64,000 bases of DNA from an uncultured Pseudomonadales bacterium (GCA_964422035.1 CAYQZQ010000001.1:651786-715785); one strand, 5' to 3'. Positions 38,297-47,894 are shown, counted from the stretch's first letter. Notes: generated by a model from the sequence alone, not told the origin. Numbers and translations are program-made.

Positions 38297-38382
38297 TTAT
38301 AAAGATCACAACTGGTTAATTGTGTGATGGTCTAGTTATTTTGAGTCTGAGAGTTTATTGACATTTAGTGGATACTTGAATA

Positions 38383-39099
38383 TCAGAGTAGCTTAAAGCT
38401 TGAGAGAATCTGGGAGACTTGTTGATCTTGAGTGTTTTGGATTGGGGTGATGTTGACAATAATGACAGAGCTATCTTGAGGGAAGAAGTAGTACTCAGTG
38501 AGAGATTCTGAGTTGTTGATGTACTGGTAGGCAGATTGGTTATTAATTGTGGTTTGGTTGAGGTTGGATGAGGAGTAAGAGTCAAATCTTTGAGCTAGTA
38601 GCTGGGCAACTTGCTGATTGGTCAGGTCTGGGTTTGTGCTATTGCAACCGATGGTGATTTTGGATTGGTCTTGATTGATGGTTTGTGTGGTTATGGGTTT
38701 GGATGAAAGGAGAATGGTATTGGTTTCTTCATCTTGAGCTTGATCGTATATGTACCAACTTTGGGGATGCTTTATTTGGTATTTGCATTTGGTGTCTGTA
38801 AAGGTTTTCCAGTCATTGGTTGAGTTTGGCGTGATGGGGGTGGTTTGAGTATTGATAATTGAGGAGCTGGCTGGTGGTCCAGATTTAATAGTTGATCTTA
38901 TAAAGAAGTACCAAACAATAAAAGCAATAAGTGTGAAAATAGCAAGAGAGGCAAGAGAGATAAGGGTAATGCGGAGGGTTTTGTTATTTTGAGGTTTTTT
39001 GGGGGGTTTGATTGGTTGGTTGGATGGTGGTGTAGGGGGTGGTTGAGTTGTAGGGGGTTGGTTTTGGGGAGTTGGTTGTTGATTTTTGGCTTGTGTCAT
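38383..39099 (-). CDS. Membrane-anchored protein (Pro/Gln-rich N-terminus, PsbP-like domain)
   Basis: TM helix, then WKTFTD...YQIKHPQSW...QILSSFK. Confidence 0.7.
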   Translation of the reverse strand: MTQAKNQQPTPQNQPPTTQPPPTPPSNQPIKPPKKPQNNKTLRITLISLASLAIFTLIAFIVWYFFIRSTIKSGPPASSSIINTQTTPITPNSTNDWKTFTDTKCKYQIKHPQSWYIYDQAQDEETNTILLSSKPITTQTINQDQSKITIGCNSTNPDLTNQQVAQLLAQRFDSYSSSNLNQTTINNQSAYQYINNSESLTEYYFFPQDSSVIIVNITPIQNTQDQQVSQILSSFKLL

Positions 39100-39147
39100 G
39101 ACTATAGTTTAGTATACTGATGATAGTAATTAGTATAAAGGAAGGGG

Positions 39148-39873
39148 GTGAAAAAAATGAAAAGGACAAAAATAATGAGTGGAGTTGTAGCTATGGTGCT
39201 TAGTTTGGTTCTTGTGGGTACAGTGAGTGCTCAAGAAAGTGAGTTGCCCGAGCCGGGACTGACACCCGATAGCCCGCTATATTTTTTGGATAGTTGGGGT
39301 GAGGGTATTGGTTTGGCTTTGACTCAAGACTCAGAGGTGAAAGCAAGAAAACAGATCAGGATTTCTCAAGAGAAGCTGGCTGAAGCTAAAGTTATGGGCG
39401 AGAAAGGTGATGCGGAGGCAGCAGAGATTGCTTCTAACAGATATGGTGAGATGATAAATGGAGCTGCAGAAAACGTGGCAGTAGCAGCACAGTCTGGCGA
39501 AGGTGTGGCTGATGCAGTAGCAGATCTGTTGGCAACGACAGCTGCAATTTCTCAGAGTGTGTTGGCTGATGTGTATGAACGAGTACCTGAACAAGCAAAA
39601 GCCTCGATTCAAAGAGCGATGGAAGAGTCGTCTGCTGGAATAAGTAGAGCGGTTGATGCTGTATCCGGAGCTCAGCAAGAGCAGGTTCGAGAGAGAGTAA
39701 ATGAGAGCTTGCAGAAAGCTCGTGAGTCAGCTCCTGAAGAAGCGCAGCAGTATATTCCTGCAAATCAAGGGGGTGAATCTGGTTCTGATAACGCTCCTGA
39801 TGTGGGTGGTTCTGATGCTGGAAGTAATGCTAATGATCAAGGTGGTGCACCAGCTAATATTCCTGGAAGATAA
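39148..39873 (+). CDS. Secreted DUF5667-like protein
   Basis: Signal peptide, LPEPGLTPDSPLYFLD.WGE.I, EKLAEA. Confidence 0.75.
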   Translation: MKKMKRTKIMSGVVAMVLSLVLVGTVSAQESELPEPGLTPDSPLYFLDSWGEGIGLALTQDSEVKARKQIRISQEKLAEAKVMGEKGDAEAAEIASNRYGEMINGAAENVAVAAQSGEGVADAVADLLATTAAISQSVLADVYERVPEQAKASIQRAMEESSAGISRAVDAVSGAQQEQVRERVNESLQKARESAPEEAQQYIPANQGGESGSDNAPDVGGSDAGSNANDQGGAPANIPGR

Positions 39874-39886
39874 AAAAAGAAGAAGC

Positions 39887-39923
39887 ACTGATTCTTTCCT
39901 ATTAAAACAGGGAAGGTCAGTGT
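39887..39923. terminator. Imperfect hairpin, possible terminator
   Basis: CACTGATTCTTTCCT...AGGGAAGGTCAGTG after 39148-39873. Confidence 0.45.
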
Positions 39924-40002
39924 GTTGATAGAAATGATGTGATAAATGATTTGTAGTGTTATTTTCTGAGGAGGAAGTTGTCTTTTTTGTTATGATTATG
40001 AT

Positions 40003-40332
40003 ATGAATTTTGAAGAATATCAGAGTGAATCAGGAAAGACAGCGATTTATCCTGATAAAGGGAGTAATTTTATTTATCCGGTTTTGGGGTTAGTGGGTGA
40101 AGCAGGTGAGGTGGCTGAAAAAATAAAGAAGATATTGCGAGATTCTAAGGGGGAAATAGGTGACAGAAAAAAAGAAGAGATTAAAAAGGAGTTGGGTGAT
40201 GTGTTGTGGTATTTGTCACAGTTGAGCACAGAGTTGAACTTGTCTTTGAGTGATATTGCTGAGCTTAATATAGAGAAATTACAATCACGACGTGCAAGGG
40301 GCACGCTTCATGGAAGTGGAGATGACAGATAA
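40003..40332 (+). CDS. MazG-like NTP pyrophosphohydrolase
   Basis: LGLVGEAGEVAEKIKK, ELGDVLWY, GSGDDR. Confidence 0.92.
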   Translation: MNFEEYQSESGKTAIYPDKGSNFIYPVLGLVGEAGEVAEKIKKILRDSKGEIGDRKKEEIKKELGDVLWYLSQLSTELNLSLSDIAELNIEKLQSRRARGTLHGSGDDR

Positions 40333-40333
40333 T

Positions 40334-40840
40334 ATGAATAGAAAAATTAAGGTCAATGATTTAATGCAGGAAGGGTATGAGTATGAGTTAATGGAAGAGG
40401 AAGGCCAAGGTTTTGATGAGGGTTTTGAGCCAGATTTGAGTCCTAAAAGGTTGTTGGAGCTGGGAGTGTTTGGGGGTGTGTATATGAGAGATTGTAAAGA
40501 TGAATTTGGAGATTGGTTTGACGATGCAAAATTGGCTGAGGGCAGGAGGGATGGGAAGTTGAATTTTTTTGAAGTGACGGCGTCGCAGTCTTTATCAGTG
40601 TGGAGAGAGAAGGGGTGGATAAACGAGGAGCATGATCCTAGAGGGTGGTTTCAGTGGTATTGTCGATATTATAAGGGGAGGAGATTGCCCCAAGAAGATG
40701 AAAGGCAGATAAAGCGGTGGAGGGCATTTAAGAGACATTGGGCTCAAGTAGAAAAGAATTGCCTAAAGGGTGATTGGGATTGTAGAAAAAAGCAAAGACA
40801 GGCCTTGCTTCATTGGGCTTATGATTCGAGAAAGATCTGA
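40334..40840 (+). CDS. Conserved hypothetical protein (DPRGWFQWYCRY family)
   Basis: LGVFGGVY, DPRGWFQWYCRYY.GRR..D.RQIKRW, RQALLHWAY; start re-called to the ATG just after the MazG stop. Confidence 0.75.
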   Translation: MNRKIKVNDLMQEGYEYELMEEEGQGFDEGFEPDLSPKRLLELGVFGGVYMRDCKDEFGDWFDDAKLAEGRRDGKLNFFEVTASQSLSVWREKGWINEEHDPRGWFQWYCRYYKGRRLPQEDERQIKRWRAFKRHWAQVEKNCLKGDWDCRKKQRQALLHWAYDSRKI

Positions 40841-40842
40841 GT

Positions 40843-41604
40843 TTACTTTTTGGGAGGGAGGGGAATAAGGAGAGAGGTTGTTTTTTTATATTGTTGATAG
40901 TTATTTTGAGAGCCGTATTTTTTTTGGTGGCGTTTTTCCAGGAGAGGAATGCCGGATATGAATAAAAGAAGAATGGTAATAAATAAGGGGCTGGAGATAG
41001 TTAGCCAAGAAAGAGATTGTTGGTATGGCATGGTGATGATAAAAATGCCCAGCCAAATGGTGATCTCGCCAAAATAGTTGGGATGTCGAGAGTATTTCCA
41101 GACACCAGAAGTGATGAAAGTGTTGGGGTGTTTGTTTTTGAAGATAAATTTTTGGAAGTCTGCTAGTGACTCGATGATGAGGCCAACAAAGAAAAGAAGG
41201 GTGCCAAATAAGGTTAAGAGGTGTGGTTGGGGAGAGGGAAGGGTTAAAAGGTATATGCTTGGAAGGGTGATGATCCAGACTGATATACCTTGAAGAAGCC
41301 AGAATTGAGCGAATTTTAAAAAGTTGTTTCGAATTTGATCGAAGCGTTTATCTTTTTTGATTTTTAGGATTCTTAAAGATAAGTAACTGGCTAGTCTGGT
41401 AGCCCAGATGGTGATTAAGATAGAGATGAGAATTTGAGGAAAGGTTAGGGGTGAGTTAGTTAAAGAGAGGAAAAGGATGATGATAATGAAGGTGAGGCCG
41501 TAGGTGAGGTCGGTAAATTTGTCTGTTTGAAGGATGAAGGCAAGAGTAAAGAAGACAAGTTGGGTGATTAAGCTGATAATTAAAGTAAGTAGATAGGGGT
41601 TCAT
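40843..41604 (-). CDS. DUF1295 / steroid 5-alpha-reductase-like membrane protein
   Basis: DKRF, ADFQK, SRHPNYFGE, SGIPLLE, Y..Y..TS.LIP. Confidence 0.9.
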   Translation of the reverse strand: MNPYLLTLIISLITQLVFFTLAFILQTDKFTDLTYGLTFIIIILFLSLTNSPLTFPQILISILITIWATRLASYLSLRILKIKKDKRFDQIRNNFLKFAQFWLLQGISVWIITLPSIYLLTLPSPQPHLLTLFGTLLFFVGLIIESLADFQKFIFKNKHPNTFITSGVWKYSRHPNYFGEITIWLGIFIITMPYQQSLSWLTISSPLFITILLLFISGIPLLEKRHQKKYGSQNNYQQYKKTTSLLIPLPPKK

Positions 41605-41624
41605 GTAAGTATTATAACCAAATT

Positions 41625-43031
41625 TTAGTCAGCTAGACCTTTGACTGATTTTGTTTTTTGGGGAGGAGAGAAGTCTTGCGGAGTTTTGTGAATTTGGGGT
41701 GGTTGGATCCATTTTTCGGCTAAAGATTTTGTGTTAACCACGTTTAATTGCTTGAACATAAACTCAAATCTGTCAGTTAGAGATTGTCTGATTTGAGATT
41801 TGTTTTTCTTTGGTATTAACCAGGTTTGTTTTTTGAAGTGGCCCCAGGCTTTCTTCCTGAGTTTGTAGTGGAATTGTTCGTCGGTTTGATCCTTTTTTCT
41901 TTCGTCTTGTTTGTTTTGGTCAAGCCAGTTGTATATTTGTTCAAGAAGATCTTGGGGGAAGGCGGGGTGGTCCATGATGATGTTTTGAAAGCCTGTAGCT
42001 AGGTGTACTTCGATGGCTTGGGCTTTGGGGAATTGGGCAAAGTATTGATCAGGAAGGGTACTGGCTCCGTGTTGGACAGCACCGCTGATGTTGTGTTTTC
42101 GGCAGGCCTGAGAGATGTTTTTGAGAACTTGGAAATCAACAGGGACATTGGCTAGAGATCCATCTTCAAGAACAACTCCACCGTGATGGGTACCGGTGGC
42201 AACGCTGATTTTGCTTATACCAGTGAGCTCGGAGCCAAGTTTTTGATTGAAACCTTGAATGTAGGCCTGGAAATCTTCTAAAGTGGAGTTTTTACCGCCG
42301 ATGTGACCGATTTCTCCACCGAGACTGATGGTGATGTTATCGGGTTCTATGCTGCGAATAAACTCTGCCAGTTCAATGGAGTATTTGATGTTGCCTTGTT
42401 GTTGCTTTTTTTCGGTGGGTTTGTCTAGATCTACAAGAGTACTCATGTCGATGTCGATGTTGTAAAAACCGGCATTGATGGCTTGTTGGGCGAGGTCTTT
42501 GATGGCTTGGATTTCTCCTTGTTTTGGTTTACCGGGTTGTTGGGCTTTGGCTTGGAAATGATCGCCTTGAAGAGGAATACCTCCCTGCCAGTTTTCTTTG
42601 ATGGCGGCGGCAAGGACAACGGTGGTGTATTCTTGGGGATGTTGGTCGGTGTAGTCGATCTCACTTCTGGCAATTTCACAGATTAGAGTACCAACATTAA
42701 GTTTGTTGGCGGCTTTAAATATAGAACGGGCAAGGTCATAGGTGATACCTCTGAGATTAATGGCAGGTACGGTGAAGTTTAGAGGTGCTTCTTCTCTGCC
42801 CCGAGCTATATATAGATCGTTGATGGATGCAGGTTTGATGTTGAGTTTTTGGGCTGCTTCCCAGATGAGCCAGCGAGACAGTTGTTTGTCTTGTTCTGAG
42901 CCAAAGACAGCTTGAAGGACAAGTTTGTCTATTGTGTCCCTTTTGAGTTTTTCGGGATCTTGAATAGTGACCTGATGATTTTCAATTGAAAGAGTGTCTT
43001 TGATGATGTGTTTGATTTTGGGAGTCAGCAT
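41625..43031 (-). CDS. Class II aldolase (long fructose-bisphosphate aldolase type)
   Basis: TVPAINLRG, QGDHF, GEIGH, GTHHGG, VQHGAS. Confidence 0.85.
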   Translation of the reverse strand: MLTPKIKHIIKDTLSIENHQVTIQDPEKLKRDTIDKLVLQAVFGSEQDKQLSRWLIWEAAQKLNIKPASINDLYIARGREEAPLNFTVPAINLRGITYDLARSIFKAANKLNVGTLICEIARSEIDYTDQHPQEYTTVVLAAAIKENWQGGIPLQGDHFQAKAQQPGKPKQGEIQAIKDLAQQAINAGFYNIDIDMSTLVDLDKPTEKKQQQGNIKYSIELAEFIRSIEPDNITISLGGEIGHIGGKNSTLEDFQAYIQGFNQKLGSELTGISKISVATGTHHGGVVLEDGSLANVPVDFQVLKNISQACRKHNISGAVQHGASTLPDQYFAQFPKAQAIEVHLATGFQNIIMDHPAFPQDLLEQIYNWLDQNKQDERKKDQTDEQFHYKLRKKAWGHFKKQTWLIPKKNKSQIRQSLTDRFEFMFKQLNVVNTKSLAEKWIQPPQIHKTPQDFSPPQKTKSVKGLAD

Positions 43032-43062
43032 ATTTTATTAAGATTGTCAGAGGTGTTTTTGT

Positions 43063-43737
43063 CTACTTGGTAATTAAGATGATGGTGATGATAGCCAGGA
43101 CGGGAATTAACCATTTAGCAAGTTTTTTGTTTAATCGTTCAAGTAATCGAGAGACAAGAATAAAGATGGCAAAAAAGCCAACAATTAAACTAGAGGGAGG
43201 AGTGGAGGTTGAAGATTGGATGATTTTGGGCCAGGCGGGGCCGCGAAGAACGATCAGGTGGATAAGGATGGCAAGTCCGGCTAGTCTGCCACCTATATAT
43301 TGAAGCCTCCACCAGGTTTTGGTACCCAGGGACTGTTCAATTAATTTAGCTGAGATGATAAAGAGGAAGAACATGATGATTAAGCCAGCCAGGCCTGGGT
43401 AGGCAGAGAGAGGTTTGTAGTTATAAAAGCCCCAAGGTCCTGAACGGGCTAGAGGAAACATGGATAGATAAACGTGGGAGGCGCCGGCAAAGAAAGCTAA
43501 GATGCCTAGTTCTTTGCGGTATGTTAAGTATTTGTCCCAGATTTGGTAGAGACGGCTAAGCATACCTAAACTAAGAGCGATGCCTAAAAGGATTATTGAA
43601 GTGTCGGCTAAGGCTCGATTGTATACACGGGGTGATAAGCCTTGAAGTTGTAGGGAGTTGTAGTAGGAAAAGAGGATAAAAATAATAAGGGAGAAAATTA
43701 TAGAGACGATGTATTGTCTTGTCTGTTCTTTGTTCAT
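43063..43737 (-). CDS. Ferric reductase-like transmembrane protein (MsrQ-like)
   Basis: YRKELGI..F....H, LG.K.W.RLQ, conserved His in TM helices. Confidence 0.75.
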   Translation of the reverse strand: MNKEQTRQYIVSIIFSLIIFILFSYYNSLQLQGLSPRVYNRALADTSIILLGIALSLGMLSRLYQIWDKYLTYRKELGILAFFAGASHVYLSMFPLARSGPWGFYNYKPLSAYPGLAGLIIMFFLFIISAKLIEQSLGTKTWWRLQYIGGRLAGLAILIHLIVLRGPAWPKIIQSSTSTPPSSLIVGFFAIFILVSRLLERLNKKLAKWLIPVLAIITIILITK

Positions 43738-43758
43738 TTGTTTAATTTAATCATATCT

Positions 43759-44370
43759 TTAGATTATAAGTTCTGGTTTTATTATTTTAGATATTTTTTG
43801 GAAGTCCTCTTTCATGGTTGAGCGCAAGTTGGGATTGTATAAGGCGGCAGCTGGATGATAGAGGGCAAAGATGGTGGTTTCTCCAAAACTGGTGGGTGTC
43901 TGCCAGGTTTTGCCGTGGAGTTTGCTAATGGGGTAGTATTTATCGTTTTTGAAGATGTAATTAAGCAGGAAGTTAAGTGAGAATCTACCTAGGGTAGCGA
44001 TTACTTGAGGTTTTATGATTTTAATTTGCTTTATAAGTAGAGGGGAGTAAAGGTCAATTTCTTTGGGTTGAGGGTCCCTGTTGTTGGGGGGGCGGTCTTT
44101 GACGATATTGGTGATGTAGACATTTTGGCGTTTAAGGTTGATACTTTGAAGAAGTTTGTCGAGGTGTTTGCCTGCGGCACCAACAAAAGGGCGACCGGTT
44201 TCGGCTTCTTTTTGACCGGGAGCTTCTCCAATGAAGATGATGTCTGCGTCTAGGCTACCTTCCCCGATGACTGGTTGATAGTTATTTTTTTGGCGATATT
44301 TGAATAGGGGAGAGTCGGTGAGATTTTTGAGTTTTTGGTTGAGTTTTTCCATGGATTGTTGTTTGCCCAT
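43759..44370 (-). CDS. Uracil-DNA glycosylase, family 4
   Basis: FIGEAPG..E..TGRPFVGAAG, NIVK.RPPNNR.P, YHPAA. Confidence 0.93.
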   Translation of the reverse strand: MGKQQSMEKLNQKLKNLTDSPLFKYRQKNNYQPVIGEGSLDADIIFIGEAPGQKEAETGRPFVGAAGKHLDKLLQSINLKRQNVYITNIVKDRPPNNRDPQPKEIDLYSPLLIKQIKIIKPQVIATLGRFSLNFLLNYIFKNDKYYPISKLHGKTWQTPTSFGETTIFALYHPAAALYNPNLRSTMKEDFQKISKIIKPELII

Positions 44371-44407
44371 AAGGGCATTGTAAACAAAGAAAGGCAGGGG
44401 ATAAAGT

Positions 44408-45514
44408 TTGTGTAAAATAAAGAGTGTGAAAAAGATATTGATGGGATTATTTAGTTTTTGTCTGCTTTTTTTAGCAAGTGAGAGTGTGGTGTGGGCACGA
44501 TCAGAAAATGAAACGGTAGAGGTGGAAGTGAAAGAGGTTTTGGAAGAGAAAAAAACAGAGAGTTATGAGGGAGAAGAAGGGTGGGAGCAGTGGTTAAGGG
44601 TGGAGGTAATAGAAGGGGAAGGGGTGGGTGAGGAGATTTTTGTAAAGAGTGGAGTGGTAGGGTTGGTGAATCAACCAAAGTATAAACAGGGAGACAGGGT
44701 GGTATTGATGAGAAATGAGGTAGCGGGTGAGGAGAGATATGTGATTGTTGATTATGTAAGGAGAGAGGCGCTCTATTGGTTGTTTGGCTTGTTTGTGTTG
44801 GTGGCTGTAGTGGTGGGAAGAAAGTGGGGTTTGTTGTCTATTTTGGGAATGGGTTTTTCCTTTTTGGTGATTTTTAAGTTGTTGATACCGTTGATTATGC
44901 AGGGCTTTAGTCCGGTTTTGGTATCGATACTGGTGGCTGGGCTGATAATTCCAGTAACTTTTTATCTATCTCATGGGTTAAACAAGAAAACAAGTGTGGC
45001 GGTGGTAAGCACCTTAATTTCCTTGGTAATTACGGGAGTTTTGGTGTTGATATTTACAGAAACGACAAAACTGACTGGTTTTGCTAGTGAGGAAGCGGGA
45101 TTTTTACAGGTGCATATGGGGGGAGAGATTAATATTAAGGGGCTTTTGTTGGCGGGAATGATTATTGGTACTTTGGGTATCTTGGATGATGTGACAATTA
45201 ATCAGGCGGCCATTGTTGAGAAGTTGAAAGAAGCTAATAAGGAGATGGGGTTTGGAGAATTATATAAAAAAGCGATGAGTGTGGGGCAAGATCATATCTC
45301 ATCGATGGTTAATACTTTAGTTTTGGTATATACAGGGGCTTCTTTACCGCTTTTACTTTTGTTTGTGGACAGTTCAAGTAGTTTTGAAAGGGTGTTGAAT
45401 AGTGAGATTGTGGCTGATGAGATAGTTAGAACTTTGGTGGGAAGTGTGGGTTTGATGTTGGCGGTACCGATTACTACTTTTTTGGCGGCAAGGTGGATGA
45501 AGAAAGCTGATTAA
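44408..45514 (+). CDS. YibE/F family membrane protein
   Basis: DYVR, GTLGILDDVT, MVNTLVLVYTG, VPITT. Confidence 0.92.
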   Translation: MCKIKSVKKILMGLFSFCLLFLASESVVWARSENETVEVEVKEVLEEKKTESYEGEEGWEQWLRVEVIEGEGVGEEIFVKSGVVGLVNQPKYKQGDRVVLMRNEVAGEERYVIVDYVRREALYWLFGLFVLVAVVVGRKWGLLSILGMGFSFLVIFKLLIPLIMQGFSPVLVSILVAGLIIPVTFYLSHGLNKKTSVAVVSTLISLVITGVLVLIFTETTKLTGFASEEAGFLQVHMGGEINIKGLLLAGMIIGTLGILDDVTINQAAIVEKLKEANKEMGFGELYKKAMSVGQDHISSMVNTLVLVYTGASLPLLLLFVDSSSSFERVLNSEIVADEIVRTLVGSVGLMLAVPITTFLAARWMKKAD

Positions 45515-45549
45515 TGGTTAAGAATGGAGGTAATAGAAAAAGAGAGGTT

Positions 45550-45581
45550 GGGATAGGGATAGGGATAGGGATAGGGATAGG
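45550..45581 (+). repeat. Perfect hexamer tandem repeat (GGGATA)x5
   Basis: gggatagggatagggatagggatagggatagg. Confidence 0.95.
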
Positions 45582-45798
45582 AGTAAGGCATTGACTGGAA
45601 GTTGGTAGTTTAAAGTAGATCTTAGGTGTTAGATTGATTTAGAAAATCGTTGATTTTATGTTTGGAGAATGTAGTACCGTTGTATTAACTGTATGAGTTA
45701 GATGGCGTGTAAGTTGGTGTAATCCTAGTTATTGTGTGGTAGCTTTTTTAAAAGTAGTTTTCATTTATACCAGCAGCAATCTTTTCTCAAATTTAGCC

Positions 45799-45855
45799 AA
45801 AAAAAATCTGGGTATTTATATCTCTATCAAAGCAGAGATGCTATAAATACCCAGA
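45799..45855 (-). terminator. Long hairpin with T-tract on the - strand
   Basis: TCTGGGTATTTATA (45807-45820) pairs with TATAAATACCCAGA (45842-45855); the A8 run 5' on + is a U-tract on -. Confidence 0.75.
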
Positions 45856-46022
45856 AAGGGTGCAAACAGAAAAAGCAAAGTTGGGTGGATGCCTCCCACA
45901 AAGGTTCTTGTGGGAGGCATTATCTGCCAAGTTGACAAAGATTCTGCCAACAAGGTGTGGACTCAGCGGAGGGAGAGTGTCTAGAGACTAGAGGATTTGG
46001 TGGGTGAACCTCAAATTTATTC

Positions 46023-47894
46023 TTATCCTACTTCTTGTGATTCTTTCCAATCACAGTAGTCAAAGATTTCACAACTATCATCATAGTGGTTTCCACCAAA
46101 TAGTGTTCCTTCCTCATGGGCTATACCACAGATATCTTTAAATTCTCTAAACGGTTTTTGAGTAAGAAGCCTACCCTGCCAAGTTGGTGGTTCACAATCT
46201 AATGCACATAGTTCCGCAAGATACGCATCTGACCACTTCCAAGCAGTAGCTTCTTTTTCACTTACTCTATCATCACCGTTAGTATCTGCTGCAAAAGGCA
46301 CATAAGGATTACAATAAGTCACCCAGTGTCCTCTAACAGTACGAACATAGGTGTATAGCCAACGACCTGTCCACCTGGAGGCACACTCTTCTTCGTAAAG
46401 TTTTGTTACACCTTCAGTTGTACCTTCGTCTACAAAACAAACTGCTCCTGTTCCTGCATCGACAAAGGTCTCAGTCCAATCACTGGCAATATACTGTTTG
46501 CCTTTCCTGAATTTCTTACCATTCAGGTCGTTAATCCAGTCACCCCATTCAGGTTCACCTACATTGTGTGGATTGGTATAAACTTTTCCTTCAGATACTA
46601 TATTTCCTTCAGAACATTCATCATAGCAACGTTCATCATAAGGAAACTCTTCACGTTCATTATACCAATCATCATCACAACCCCCCCCATTACGATCTAC
46701 CCATTCGACCCAACCAACGAAGACATTGGAGCAACGTCCACATTGCTCATTCTCGTAGGACTTTGTGTCTGTTTCTTCCCCGCTGGTTGTATCACATATA
46801 TGATCTGGGTCTCTCAAATCGGGTGTCACCGTAGTGTAAGTACGGGTACGGACGAATTGCTGGTTAGCGTCATCTTCTACCCACGCTGACCATTCTCCGT
46901 ATGTAGTAACTGGATCACCTAATTCATCGCAGACAGTGTAGCAGTCTTCAACAGAGAAGTTGCCACGCATGGCATCAAGAAGAACATCTGATCCTCCACC
47001 AGATGGTGAGTACCATAGTTCTATATCTCCAGAATGGCTTCCACCACCCAAAACCCAGGTGTCGTTGTGGGGACCGGGTTCGTTATATTGACGGGTGTTC
47101 CCATCAATGATTACATTCATGTAAACGGAGCCGTCACCGATGTTCTGAAGATTTCTGGCTTCAAAGTTTAAAGACCATTCTCGACCGCCTTCAACACATT
47201 CTCCCGAAAGCACTTCTCGCCATATCGAGCCACTTGGTTCTGGTAGTGGTCGAGTTTCCTCATCCACTCCTTCGTTACAAACGATTTGTTGATCTTGGGC
47301 GTCGTAGTAAGTGACTGTTCTGGTTCGGAATTCGATTCCCTCATCCAAATCAGCTTCCCACTCAGACCATTCACCATAGACCGGATCACCAACCTCATCA
47401 CAGGTTTCGTAGGGGATCACACAGCCAGCAGCAAGTATTTCTGCTCCGGTGTGTCCTTCCCACTCAGTGTCCATGTTTTTACCTGGATAGCTGTTGGTTA
47501 TAGGACGGTCTTGGCAACCCCAATCCCAACCACATTTTCCAGGTTTCCAATCAGACCAACCCCAATCCCAACCACATTTTCCAGGTTTCCAATCAGACCA
47601 ACCCCAACCCCAACTCCAACTCCATTCAAGAGTTTTATGTTCCCATCCAACTATATAGTCGAATGGTGGGATGATATCAGCAGCATGGTTATCGTGGCCC
47701 TGTTGGAGGATGGCGTGTCCGCTTATGTTCATCGGATTCCAGCCATTTGCTGCAGTATCTGGAGGATGTGCGTGACAGATATCAACTTTGTCACCACCAC
47801 CGCCAGTAGCGAAGGCTGTAGTTGTAAGTGCAAGTGCTACAAAAAGCACTGCTACCACAACATACAGGTACTTCTTTTGGAGTAAGGTTTTCAT
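46023..47894 (-). CDS. Secreted Trp/Cys/acidic-rich protein with thrombospondin-like WxxW modules (adhesin-like)
   Basis: SD GGGAGG with ATG 47894, signal peptide (TAFA|T), KVDICH motif, repeated C-D-E-x-G-D-P..YGEWSxW...RTRT modules. Confidence 0.7.
   Translation of the reverse strand: MKTLLQKKYLYVVVAVLFVALALTTTAFATGGGGDKVDICHAHPPDTAANGWNPMNISGHAILQQGHDNHAADIIPPFDYIVGWEHKTLEWSWSWGWGWSDWKPGKCGWDWGWSDWKPGKCGWDWGCQDRPITNSYPGKNMDTEWEGHTGAEILAAGCVIPYETCDEVGDPVYGEWSEWEADLDEGIEFRTRTVTYYDAQDQQIVCNEGVDEETRPLPEPSGSIWREVLSGECVEGGREWSLNFEARNLQNIGDGSVYMNVIIDGNTRQYNEPGPHNDTWVLGGGSHSGDIELWYSPSGGGSDVLLDAMRGNFSVEDCYTVCDELGDPVTTYGEWSAWVEDDANQQFVRTRTYTTVTPDLRDPDHICDTTSGEETDTKSYENEQCGRCSNVFVGWVEWVDRNGGGCDDDWYNEREEFPYDERCYDECSEGNIVSEGKVYTNPHNVGEPEWGDWINDLNGKKFRKGKQYIASDWTETFVDAGTGAVCFVDEGTTEGVTKLYEEECASRWTGRWLYTYVRTVRGHWVTYCNPYVPFAADTNGDDRVSEKEATAWKWSDAYLAELCALDCEPPTWQGRLLTQKPFREFKDICGIAHEEGTLFGGNHYDDSCEIFDYCDWKESQEVG
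47515..47607. repeat. 42-bp perfect in-frame tandem duplication (2 copies plus partial)
   Basis: caaccccaatcccaaccacattttccaggtttccaatcagac at 47515-47556 and 47557-47598; encodes WGWSDWKPGKCGWD twice. Confidence 0.95.

Noticed and set aside
26117-38400. Integrative element at tRNA-Asn
   Set aside because: No duplicated tRNA 3' end or integrase found by eye; kept only as a compositional island.
45550-47607. CRISPR array
   Set aside because: The repeats are tandem without unique spacers, and no cas genes are present in the window.
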